Origin: Selaginella moellendorffii
Taxonomy: Eukaryota > Plantae > Lycopodiophyta
Assembly (NCBI RefSeq): GCF_000143415.4
Contig: NW_003314267.1
Span: 1,371,309 to 1,435,308 of the forward strand
Reading direction: 5' to 3'
Length of the DNA stretch: 64,000 nucleotides
Shown: one piece after another, positions 12,731 through 24,280 of the stretch
How the letters are laid out: each line of letters starts with the position of its first letter
Numbering within the stretch: the first letter of the stretch is position 1
Notes under the pieces: model-generated
Seen by the model: the letters and a program-made list of their open reading frames with translations, nothing else
Database searches by the model: none
What the model was told of the DNA's origin: nothing
Position numbers and translations under genes: made by a program

Positions 12731-12990
12731 CTAAGCGCTAGTGGACACCTCCTTTTTGGTACTCTTAGCAATACTATCATCCTTCTCCGGGTCAATTGTT
12801 TTGCTTTGGATTGTTGTCTCTGACGTTACTGGGGTGTTCTCGATAGTTGTTAATGTTGCCGTTTGTTCAGAAAAATGATCACCTGGAGTATAGTACGGGG
12901 AGTTTGGAAGACTTATATATTCTACATCTTCACCTATCTCCTTCTCCGTCTCCTTTTCTGCCTCACTTACAGATTTTGTGCTTGCCATGA
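12731..12990 (-). CDS. Small acidic, Ser/Thr-rich ORF inside the DNA transposon (unknown)
   Basis: MASTKSVSEAEKETEKEIGEDVEY...; protein-like composition in AT-rich surroundings, flanked by palindromes; no family recognised. Confidence 0.25.
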
Positions 12991-13628
12991 GAACGCTCTT
13001 CACCCTAAAATATGGAGTTCGTTGTGTTATAAAAGGAAACCAACACACACGCTGCAAGGGAATGATGGTACATAAAGCACGTAAACCCACAATATGGGTT
13101 TATGTGCCATTAATATGGGCCACACGCCATATTATTAGATTTATGCACGTGTGATTGGTAAATGCATATGTCACATCATCTTTGTTTTACCTCACACACT
13201 ATATCAGGCCTAATGAACCATATCACATGTGCGCACATGCTATATATATGGAGAAGTATTATGCAAGGATAGAAAAATTCAATGCATGATTGTGGAGAGC
13301 AATGGCATGAAGCCACATGCTAAATAACATTTTAGAGAAAGAATTAAAATAAAAACATGCAAACAGTACTGAGTGGACCAAGACTTAGAAGTGCACAATT
13401 GAATGAGGTATTTCTAATAAATATTTCACTCACCTCATATAGGAATGGCTACCACTCTCAAATGGCGTATCGCCTCATGCCATCACCTCGCAATTTGTTA
13501 TAACAATCCGATGAATTCATATTCGGCTTGTTCACCTTGAACTTTAAGTAAGATTTGCTAGAACAACTAAGAATTTATACTTGTTATTTGTATCATCTCA
13601 CCTAGGAATGGCGTAAGGCCACATGCCA

Positions 13629-16526
13629 TCACGCCTCCTCTGATTCAGATTCGGATTGTTCACCTTGAAATAAAATACATTAGAAATTTAGTAAAGGAAT
13701 ATTAATGAATCTCACCTTGAACCCGGGTTATGAATGCTCTTGCTGCATCTCTTGCATGGTCTGGCAAGGTGATGGTGGCACTCTGCTTCCGCATCCAACC
13801 ATGCACAACATTATCCACCGATATGCTCATGCTGGGATCCCTTGGATTCAGCACCCATCTCTTTTCTAGGCAATCCTTCGTATATCCGAAACTTGGCTTG
13901 AACCACTCCACAGTTACATTGAAGGAGTTAGTTTCCACGTCCTCCTCTGCATCAGTGATGCAGCGCCCCACCCATATCATTTGTTTTTTATTACTGGGTC
14001 TGACAAGCACGACCATTCCTTTGCAGACCTGTACTGGATTGAATGCTGAATCCGGCTTCTTGTTCCTCGGCCCACAATAGTGATCCTCAACATCGTTATC
14101 TGTCACTGCATTTCCAGAGGACATTGTTCCACTACTATCTGGTGCTCTGGGTTCTGGCCAAAAGGACTCTTCCAATTCTTCATATACAATCGGCCCATTT
14201 TGGATAGCAGATATAATCTTCTCCCAGTATTCGATCAAAGGCTTGCACCTCTGAAATAGGATTCTCCACCAAACACCAACCCCCTCTTCCAGAAGGCAAT
14301 ATGCTGTCTAATCCCGGCCACTATACTTTCCTGGTCTTTGAGTCCATCCGGGTGCATCGGCCGTGGGGAACCCTGAGGAATCATAGGTTCCCCAGTTATG
14401 GGATCTCTCTTGAAGAGTTCAATGCCATCCACTGGCAGCCACACTGTGTCCCATTCTCTCATCTTGTACCTCATCACTGGAGCACCGTCACGAATGCTGA
14501 AATGAAACTGAAGAGGCTTGGAGTGGCCAATCAGCGTTTCGGATCCGTCCCTGATGTAGCCTCTTACAAACCCCTTAAAGTCTGGAACCTCTATCACAAG
14601 TGCAGCTTCAACAATGCCTTTGATGCAATTTTGGAATTCATCGTAGAGTTGTGGGAGGGTGAGGACATTGGATCGCCGGAGGGACTTTGCCAAGTGACTG
14701 AACATGGCATCGACGTCTTCATGAGTGTGCCCAACCATGAGAAAGCCAAGTGTAACCGTTTCAAATATGCCTTTGGCAACAAGCATCGCCAAGTACGCGA
14801 AGACGTACATGTTTTTGTTCTCACTGCCAGCATTGTCTGTTTGGAGCAGAAGATGGGGTGGAAGGCCACATCGGCCGCAAGAACTTCCTTGAGATTCTGC
14901 TTCGTTTGGATGAGGCTGTGCATTCACCGGGCGACCAGCCTCGTCGGAATGGCATGAGGCCTCACGTGATAACCCTACAATCTGACGGCCAACATATTCA
15001 CTGGGATGGCATGGGGCCCCACGCGATATTGCAAGCCTTTGCTCCTCCTCCAGCTGAACCCTGTATGGGGTTCGATCGACAAGGGCCTTATGCAAGGGTT
15101 GGCCGTTCAGCTCAGTCTGCGCACTTTGCAGAGACCTTAAGTGTTTTGCTAGGGACGCAATCATCATGTTTGCACCCCCGCCACCCCATAGAGGTACAAA
15201 GAAGTTCCCATAGTTCTGGGCACCATGCCCATGAGCGATTATGCCAAACAAAGACACAGGCAGCTGCATGGATGAAGAGATTGCCTTGGGGGCAGGATTG
15301 AGTCGAGGTAAGCACGTCTTTTTCTGGTCCATTTTGTCGTGGATGATGCAGAGGTAAGAGTCAGGTCTCTCCATGGAGAGAATCCTGTTATGATAATATG
15401 CAGTCCTGCAGCTTCTCTGCTCGATGTTGTGGTCGAGCTGCCTTCTAACCAACGTCTCTCGCTCTTGAGCGATGCAAGAATTCTTCGACAAAGCCATTTT
15501 GATAGCAGTGCACTCGTCACACTTTGAAAAGCTGGAGTACTTTCCTATACTCACATCCCTGAACCTGTTGCTCCACAATCTACTAAATCTAGATTGGCTC
15601 AGCTTCCTGTAGCCATTACTCTGGAGTTCCCGATTCACATCTTCCAATATGGCCCCCTTGGTATACACGGAAGGGAGAACTCGTTGGGTGTCTCGAGTTC
15701 CATCTTCCAAGAGGCGGGTTTTATGTGGTTGCTGCTCACTACATGTCGTGACAAACCTCTTGAAGATTGCCTCTCCATATACAACATGACCCCTGGTTTT
15801 GTGAGTACCGTCGTTCCCATGGACTGCCTGTTGAACCCTTTGTTCCTCAAACTCAGTTTTGATTCTGTAGAATGTGGTTCGAGGGACTCTATAAATGATT
15901 CTCCATGCCTTCATGCAGACTAAACCCCTCTGGAAGACCATGCCCCCCACCTGATATTCTGAAGCATCAACAGATGACCGTAATGCCTCATACACAAAAT
16001 TGCGAGCTACCTTCCAGGACAATGTCTTGTATCTTGCTCTCTCCTCTTCAATAGCATCCCAATCAGCACGTTGACAGCACCTCCTCTTGCAACAAGCAAC
16101 TGTCGAGACCATTCGAACCTCCATCGCCATTTTCTGCCTTTTCGGTTCGTTGCTCAGATCCCTTTGGCTGCGCTTTAGGAAGGTGTACTTTCTTTTCCCA
16201 TGAAGAGATGTTCTGTCATCAGTTGTAGTGGTGTTTGATTGTGAATCCTTCACATTCTCAAACACTAAGTGCCTCAATTTCCACCGCACAATGCTTCCAA
16301 TAGTCAGACTGTTTTCTTCTGTGTCAACAACCTCTAAAATCGCAACTCCAATATCATCCCAGCCCAATTCTTGATTAGCAACCGCAACTCTTGGATCGAC
16401 AACTGTGGCTAAGCCCTCAGCTACCACCTCCCCCTCGGGGTTGTTTAGAAACACCTTTGCCTGAATCCATGTAGCACGGTTCTTAAGATCCATGGAGGGA
16501 ACATGCGTCGCACTTGCGGAGGCCAT
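13629..16526 (-). pseudogene. DDE transposase, Sola1/DUF7869-like (~950 aa), with one frameshift near 14245
   Basis: CCKRRCC, VCMKAW, FSKCDEC, IIHDKMDQKK, LQTDNAGSENKN, FLMVGHTHEDVDAMFS. ORF 13702-14238 continues the protein after a 1-nt shift. A 52-nt GT-AG intron (13664-13715) leads to a last exon GEQSESESEEA*. Confidence 0.85.
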
Positions 16527-18581
16527 TCTGAAAGTGCAGAAAAGAAGTTAAGACCATACAAAAAGTGATTGGAGAATGGCCTAAATCATAACATACCAAA
16601 CAACCTCAATAGCATGAGGCCACATGCCATTATTCAAACATGTGTAAGCCACAAATTTTTCCTTTCCAATTTGCCAGCTTACCTCGTCTATCCGTCCAAC
16701 ACCGCCTTGGCCTTTGCTAAGTTCCCTTGCCAAGGTTCTCGCCTAGGGTACCAGCTCCTACTTGGTCTCAGCTACTCACTGCACGAGCAACGGAGTGTTA
16801 TCCATCCATCCACGGATTCCCAAATCACTCCCAATCCCCCTCCTTGGGTTAGACTGGACTTAAGGTTCGGCTACACTCCCCGCAAGCACAAGCAGCCAAG
16901 CACACCAAGCTTCCATGTTCCTAACATCCCTTGGTACCACAAGACTTGATCATGGGACCCTCTAAATCCCAAGTCTTGAGTGCAACATTTGCTTCGGGAT
17001 GCCGGGGCGAAACATCGTGGCCTAGCGGCCCGGTATGGGTACCTCTACCCCCCCACTTCCATCCCGAAGGAAGGCCCAAGCCCCTAGGAAGGGCGAGGAC
17101 CAATGAGCTGCATGGTACTCAAGTGGGGCACCACTCCACATGAGCCGGGAGCACCGCAATCGGTTTCCCTTTCGGGAGTGGGAGCTGCTCTTGAGCACTT
17201 CCTTGGATGGCCCCTCCGGCACCAGCCAAGTCCATGCTCACTCCCACCCAAGGCCCCTCAGCCCCAGTCTCAACCTCAAGTCGGTTTGGAAGCCCAACTG
17301 GAGAGTCCCTTCAAAATTGGTTCCTGGACCTCACTATCCCTACTATACTTTTGGAACCCCCTGGAGCCCCCCCCCCCCCCCCCCTGGGAGACGCACGCTT
17401 TGGGCTTTCACCCCTTGACCCGTATTAGTATTTGGACTTAGTCTCTGGCTCGATCTCGGACCCGATTTCGGATCCGACTTCGGATTCGGTCTCGGATTCG
17501 ATCTCGGACTCGATCTCGGACCCGATCTCGGACCCGACCTCGGACTCGAGCTCGGACTCGGTCTCGGACCCGATTTCGGATCTCGGACTCCGTCTCGAAC
17601 TCGGTCTCGAACTCGGACTCGAACTCGGTCCCCGAGTCGGTCTTGGACTCGATTCCAGACTCTATCTCGAACTCGGTCCTAGAGTCAGTCTTGGACTCGA
17701 TCTTCGACTTGGTCCCATCCGATGAACTCTTTGTCATTTTGGTCATGCTTTCGGGGTTCCTTTAGCCTACGACACCTCGGCGAGTTGGTTCCTTACAACT
17801 CCACCACCCATAGAAGAAGTTCGATGCCCACATCGAACGTCTCTTTTTATCCTACGACTTGTTGACCATGTCTTCGGGGGCATCCCCCCACTTAGCGGTG
17901 TGCCTAAGTTAGCCTCCTTGGCCAAGAGCCCATGACAATGGAATATAGGTGTCCCTATACTCCTCACCTCACCACGCCCTAGTATAGGGTCGGGACTTGA
18001 ACCCAGCCTTGCTTTACTAGGGGGTTGGGACTTGAACCCAACCTCTATAGAATACGTCTACGGATTCGACATCCCCGCAGGGAGTCGGGCGTAGCTCCCT
18101 ACGCCTGGTCGACCTAGCTAACCCATGCTAATTAGCTTACCTTCGGCGTGCCTTCGGGTCCCAACATATGCCATTGCTCAACTTCTCAAATTGATACTTT
18201 TAATTGAACTTTGCATAAGTACATAGAGTTCTACCATGCAGAAATTCCTCCACTAGATCTCGCGCATTCGCTAGGTTCTCCTCCGGTTCCCATGTTGCTT
18301 CGCAGTGTGGAAATCCTTTCCACTTCACATGGAACTCTCTCACCTCGCATCCTTGTCGCTTGCTCTTGCGCGCATTAGGGATGGCCTCGACTTCGTATTC
18401 CTCCCCCCCTTGGATAATCTCAGGTAAAGGTCTTACTTGGTCCTTGCGAAGCGGATCCTCAAAATACGGCTTGAGTAAGTTCACGTGGAACACGGGATGC
18501 ATCTTCCCCATCTCTCGAGGAAGTTGGAGACGGTAAGCCACTTTACCGATTCGAGCCTCAATCTCGTAAGGCCCCGCGAAC

Positions 18582-18633
18582 CTGCTTAAGGAACTCAAGA
18601 TCAATTCATTTATAGGAATACATGCATTTTTAC
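18582..18633 (-). other. Spliceosomal intron (52 nt) in the integrase GPY/F region
   Basis: CAAAG|GTAAAA...TTAAGCAG|GTTCGCG; removal gives KLTQRFAGPY. Confidence 0.8.
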
Positions 18634-19051
18634 CTTTGGGTCAACTTCCGGCTGATCCCGCTTGGTAGCCTGAGGTTCTTGGTGTTCAGCCACACCTTCT
18701 CCCCAGCTTGGAACACCACATCCCGACGCTTTTGGTTCGCGTACTTAGTTTGCCTTTGTTGAGCCCGTTCCAAGGAATCCCTCACTAGATTCCAAATGTT
18801 GAGTCTCTCCGCCGTGAATGCCTCCACTGCGGGTAACTCTCCATGATACTTGGCCACGCCGAGTTCCACAGGACCTTCAATAGCTCGCCCATTGATGACT
18901 TCCCATGGACTCACCCCGATGCTCGAATGTGGTGAGTTGTTATAACACATTTCCGCAAGTCCCAAATGACTTACCCAGTCGGTCTGGTCTCCCGAGACAT
19001 AGCATCGCAAATAATCCTCCAGCTGCCTATTTACCCTTTCCGTTTGTCCGT

Positions 19052-19098
19052 CTGTCAAGAAGTGTTAGTGCCATCAATCTTGACTTAATACCCATTAC
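19052..19098 (-). other. Spliceosomal intron (47 nt) in the integrase core
   Basis: ACAG|GTAATG...CACTAAC...TTGACAG|ACGG; removal gives AYHPQTDGQTERVN. Confidence 0.8.
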
Positions 19099-22000
19099 CT
19101 GTCTGTGGGTGATAGGCTGTGCTGAATTTCAACTTGGTGCGATACTGTTCTAGGAGTGTCCTCCAGAACCTGCTAGTGAAGATCTTATCTCGATCTGAGA
19201 TAATCTCTTCCGGCCTTCCCCGCACTCGAACCACTTGTTCGAAGAACAGCTTCGCCACACCTTCCGCATCCACTTCTGTTGTGGTGGGTATGAAATGTGC
19301 CATCTTTGAAAATTGGTCCACCACCACGAATATCACATCGAACCCCTCGCTTGGGGGTAGTCCCGTGATGAAGTCCATCGTGAGACATTTCCACGGACGA
19401 TCTGGAATGGGGATGCTTTGCAACAAGCCCCCACTAGCCTTCGTCACGGCTTTGACTTGCTGACATGTGGGACATGTTTTTACATAGTCTTGGACGTCCT
19501 TAGCCATATCTGGCCAGTGATACTTCCTTTTGAGTAAGCCCATCATCTTGGGCACTCCGCCGTGTCCCGCGAGAGGTCCGTCATGACACTCTTCCAAGGC
19601 TACCTTCCTTAGTTCCCCTTCTGGAACATACACCCTCGTTTGCTTGTAATATATGAGTCCGTTGCGTTCCGCATAGCCCGTTTTCTCTTCCGTTGGCAGC
19701 TCACCTCTCTGGTGAGCTTCCCGCGCCTCTAGATTCCTTAGCAACACTTCTTGTGCTAGACCATCACTCCCATATGCGGTCCGCACATCATCCCAAAAGG
19801 TTGCTGTCGCGCTAGATATTGCCAACTTCAAGCTCGCTTTTCGACTTAGCGCATCTGCCACGATGTTGCTCTTCCCAGGCTTGTACAGGATCTCGTAATC
19901 AAACTCGGCCAAAGCATTGGCCCACCGACCTTGTTTTCCCCTTAGGTCGGGCTGTGACAAGAAGTGTTTCGTTGCCACATTGTCCGTGTAAACTTTGAAG
20001 TGTCTCCCAAGGTAGTGTCGCCACTCCTTGAGCGCCTTGACCACCGCAAACAATTCCTTCTCATGGGCAGGCCACTTCCGTTGAGCCTTGTCCAACTTCT
20101 TCGAGAAGAATGCTACTGGATGGTTGTCCTGCTTCAAAACCGCGCCCAACGCAAAGTCCAAAGCATCCGTTTCTACCTCAAAGTCCTTACCGAAGTCCGG
20201 TAATGCCAACACGGGAGCCTTCCTCAATTTCTCTTTGAGGTGGACGAATGCCGCCTCGCATTCCGCTGTCCATACCATCTTCCCTTTTCCTGTTTGGTCC
20301 GTAAGGGCAGGGCTACTCTCGAATAGTGTCTGATAAACTTTCGATAGTAGTTGCATAGCCCCAAGAATGCCCTCAACTCATGTACATTCGATGGTCGCTC
20401 CCATTCCTAGATCGCTTGGACCTTCTCTGGGTCCACCTTGAGCCCGTCTTGGCCCACCACATGCCCGAGAAACTTTACCTCTTGTTGAGCAAAGTCACAT
20501 TTGCTCTCTTTAGCATACAGTTTGTGTTCCCTTAGTTTCTCAAACACCTTCGCCAAGTGTTCGGCATGCTCCTCTAGCGTCTCGCTATAGATCAGGATGT
20601 CGTCAATATAGACGACCACGAAGTGATCCAGATAGGGTACAAAGATGTGGTTCATCAACGCCGAAAATGTTGCCGGTGCATTGCACAGCCCAAAGGGCAT
20701 CACCAGAAACTCAAAGCTCCCATACCTCGTTCGACAGGTTGTCTTCTCGACATCTTCCTTAGCTACCCTGATCTGGTAGTATCCTGACCTTAGGTCAATC
20801 CTCGAGAAGTATTTTGCCTTTCCCAACCTATCGAACAGGTCCTCAATCCTTGGCAAAGGGTATTTGTTCTTCTTTGTATACTTGTTGAGCAACCGGTAAT
20901 CGATGCACATGCGCATAGATCCATCTTTCTTTTTCACAAATAACACCGGCGCCCCATACGGCGACTTGCTCAACCTCACATACCCTTTGTCCACCAACTC
21001 CTCTAGTTAGCACTTGAGCTTCTTGAGTTCTTTCTCGTTCAAACGATAGGGGGGACGAACCACCGCCTCAGCACCCTCGACCAGCTCAATCTTATGTTCT
21101 ATCGGTCGTGCGGGGGGCAACCCTGCCGGTAGCTCCTCCGGCATGGTATCCTGGAATTGGTCCAACACCCGCTGGATCACTAAAGGTACTTCTTCTGTTC
21201 CTGTCTTTTTGTCACTCTTCACCGAGAGTAAGCACAAAAAGGCTGCTTTAGTTCCTTTAGTGAGTTGTCCTCTCGTGGACACCAGGTTTAAGCAAGATTC
21301 TTTGGCCTTACTTTGCCCTACCTTTAGATCTTGGGCCTCCACCCTAGATCTTCTTCCTTGGGCATTCGCCAGTACCACAAGGTTCCTACCTTATCCATGT
21401 AGGGCTACCACGAACCGATTGAACCAATCCATTCCAAAGATCACGTCAAATCCCGCCATGTCCAACACGGTGAAATCCATGTCTACTTTCCAAGTCCCTA
21501 CTTCGACTCTCGCTTGTCGAAGTACCTCATCAGTGCTTTGGCTACCTTGAACAAACTCTATAGTCCTTGGTTTGCCTAGCCGCTGCACCGTTAGTCCGGC
21601 TTGCCGGACTATGTCTGCAGCCACAAAATTATCCGAAGGACCCGTGTCAATAAGGATCTTAACAAAGCTACCTCCGAGCTTCCCTCGGAGGGCTAGTAGA
21701 TGTCGCAAACGACTCTCTACCAAAGTTGCTCGTGTAATGAGTAACTTTGAGTTAGGGACTGGATCACATACCTCAGTTTGGACTTCACCCGACTTGATGG
21801 CCATATTGGCTCTGGCCTTCTTCGGGTAGGGACATTCCCTCGAAAAGTGTCCCGCTTCACCGCAGTTGTAGTATACGTTGTTTCCCACGCTGCTATATGA
21901 CTTGACCTTCTTATCCGTGGGTTTGTCTCTTTTCGCTTGACTCCCCCACGTACTCGCTCGCTGGCCACCGGATTTGCCTTTCCGAAACCCCGAGGACTCA

Positions 22001-22735
22001 TTCTTAGAGAAACTCTTCTTGAATTTCCCCCTGCTATACGTTCCTCTTGGTTTGGCCCCTTTGCTAAATGTGGATCCCGACCCCGTCGTGTTCCCCTTTT
22101 GCAGGTTATCGTTGAAATGCACCTTGATAGCCGCATCCAAAGCTTCCTTGTAGTTGGTCGGGTTCTAGCGCATCACCTCACCGCGAGCCCAGGTTTGCAA
22201 ACCTGATATAAAGGCATGGAACGCATCCATATCCCCTATGTCCGTGACAAGTATCCTCTTTGCCATGAACCCATTCACATATTCCTGGATGGTTCCAGTC
22301 TGCTTCAGCCTACTCAGCTCATCTCTCAGATGCAGAGTGGCATTCAGAGGAACGTATGTTGCGCGGATCCTCGCCTTCATCATGTCCCAGGTGGCCACCG
22401 GTCCTTCGTTGGCCTCCGTTGTTCTCCACCAAGACTTGGCATTATCTGCCAAGTATGGTTTTGCACATGGGACCTTCTCCGAGCTCGGTAACCGCAACGC
22501 TCGGAAGTAGTCCTCCATATCGTAAAACCAATCCTCCACAACCTTATAGTCGTTCACTCCCTTGAACACCGGTGGGGGCTTTGGTTTGTACTTGGGAACT
22601 GCCTGAGGGACTGATTCCACTTCGGTCTATTCGACCTTGTCTGGTTTTGCCTCAGTCCCTGCCGAAGGGTCCGCACCTTCTGCGCTGCTAGCATCCGCAG
22701 TCTTTCGCTTTTTCTTCCGCTTCTCATCACACTTT

Positions 22736-24280
22736 TGTAAGAGACTAAATTTTCCATTTTACTTTAGTCACTTAACCACACCTCCGACCACTTGGAGGAG
22801 TCTCACTCACAACCTCCGCAAGTCCTATTTTGGGCTTGGGCTTACTAGCCCCGAGAATGGCATCCCCACCACTCAACTTCGTGCACTTGGTCCAAGTGCT
22901 CCACGTGTCCGATCCCATGACCGACACCCCAAGGCACCACCAACATACCAGCCCGTTAAGCTAGGCCATGCCCAATCACCTTGGTCACCTCGGTGGTCCA
23001 ACACCACCAACATTGCAATCCCGTCTCTCCAAGACTGGGCCATCCGTCCATGAGTGGTCATCCCAGATCCACTCCTTAGCATCCTTAGGATGCCCCCAGA
23101 CATGGGGAATAGCCTTCCCCAATATCCCTCTGTCAGTCCCCACTAAGTCCCTTTCTGCCCTTGGCCGTGTTTGCCAACACTGCCACTGGATCGAGGCCCA
23201 CAGGCCCGACCACTAAGTCCCACGGTCCTCTGGGACTTCCTCACCACACAACTGTGTCCTTGGTCACTACCTCAGAGGACTGCTCCTCTTCCTTTCCACA
23301 GTCTGGGCCTTTGGGACAACATTTTGGAACCCCGTGGCCTTACGGGAGCCCCCGGGGTATTTTCCCCCCTTTCCACCCTTGGGTGTTTTACCCATGGGCT
23401 TAGAGCGAGGTTCCGTTGAGCCATCCCTGGTATCCAAGTAGGTAGTGCCCCCCCCCCTTGGATTGGGAGCATTGGCCAGTCGATTTCCCGGGGGAACTAA
23501 AGCTGGTTTTTGAACACTTCCCCAAGTTACCCCGTTTGTCGGTCCGGGTTCACTTTAGTTTTGGACTTCCCAGGGGTCAGCTCATCCCCCAACACTGGGT
23601 TTGGCCTTCCTGGGCCAAACTGGCCTTTACTGGCTCCATTAGGCTCCAACCCCCACACTTTCCCTATTATATTTTTGGAACCCCTGGAAGCCCCCCCCCC
23701 CCCCCCCCCTGGGGGATGATCGCTTTGGGCTTTCACTCAACTGCCTGTATTAGTATTCGGACTCGGGCTCGAACTCGGACTCGGACTCGGTCTCGGTCCG
23801 GTTTCGGACTCGGACTCGATCTCGGTCTCGGGCTCGGCCTCGGTCTCGGTCTCGATCTCGGTTCCATCTCGGACTCCATCTCGGACTCCATCTTGGGTCC
23901 ATCTCGGACTCCATCTCGGACTCCATCTCGGGTCCATCTCGGACTCAATCTCGAACTCCATCTCGGGTCCATCTCGGACTCCATCTCGGACTCCATCTCG
24001 GGTCCATCTCGGACTCTATCTCAGACTCCATCTCGGGTCCATCCCGGACACTTCCACGTGTCATGTGTTGGTCCTTTTGGGTCCCTTTTTGGAGCCTCGC
24101 TTATTGCTCGCTTCGTGCTCATTCCTCGAGCACTTCGTTAGGAGTTCCACTCCCGCTCTCGACCTTTCAAGTCGTAGCTTTTGGCCCAAACGTGTTACAC
24201 TCGTTTGGCTTTCGCTTCGGCCACTACCATGTGGCACCCTTCCGGCTCCACTTTGGGGCCTAGGGACTTTGTGTCTCACA
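22736..24280 (-). mobile_element. Solo LTR (family C) inserted in the chromovirus gag
   Basis: TGTAAG...GTCTCACA; flanks ACTTT/GCTTT (4 of 5 match); contains the CTCGGA / CTCGGACTCCAT array. Confidence 0.9.

Noticed and set aside
17991-18075. tRNA gene from GGTTCAAGTCCC motifs
   Set aside because: Only T-arm-like motifs; no cloverleaf or A-box evident.
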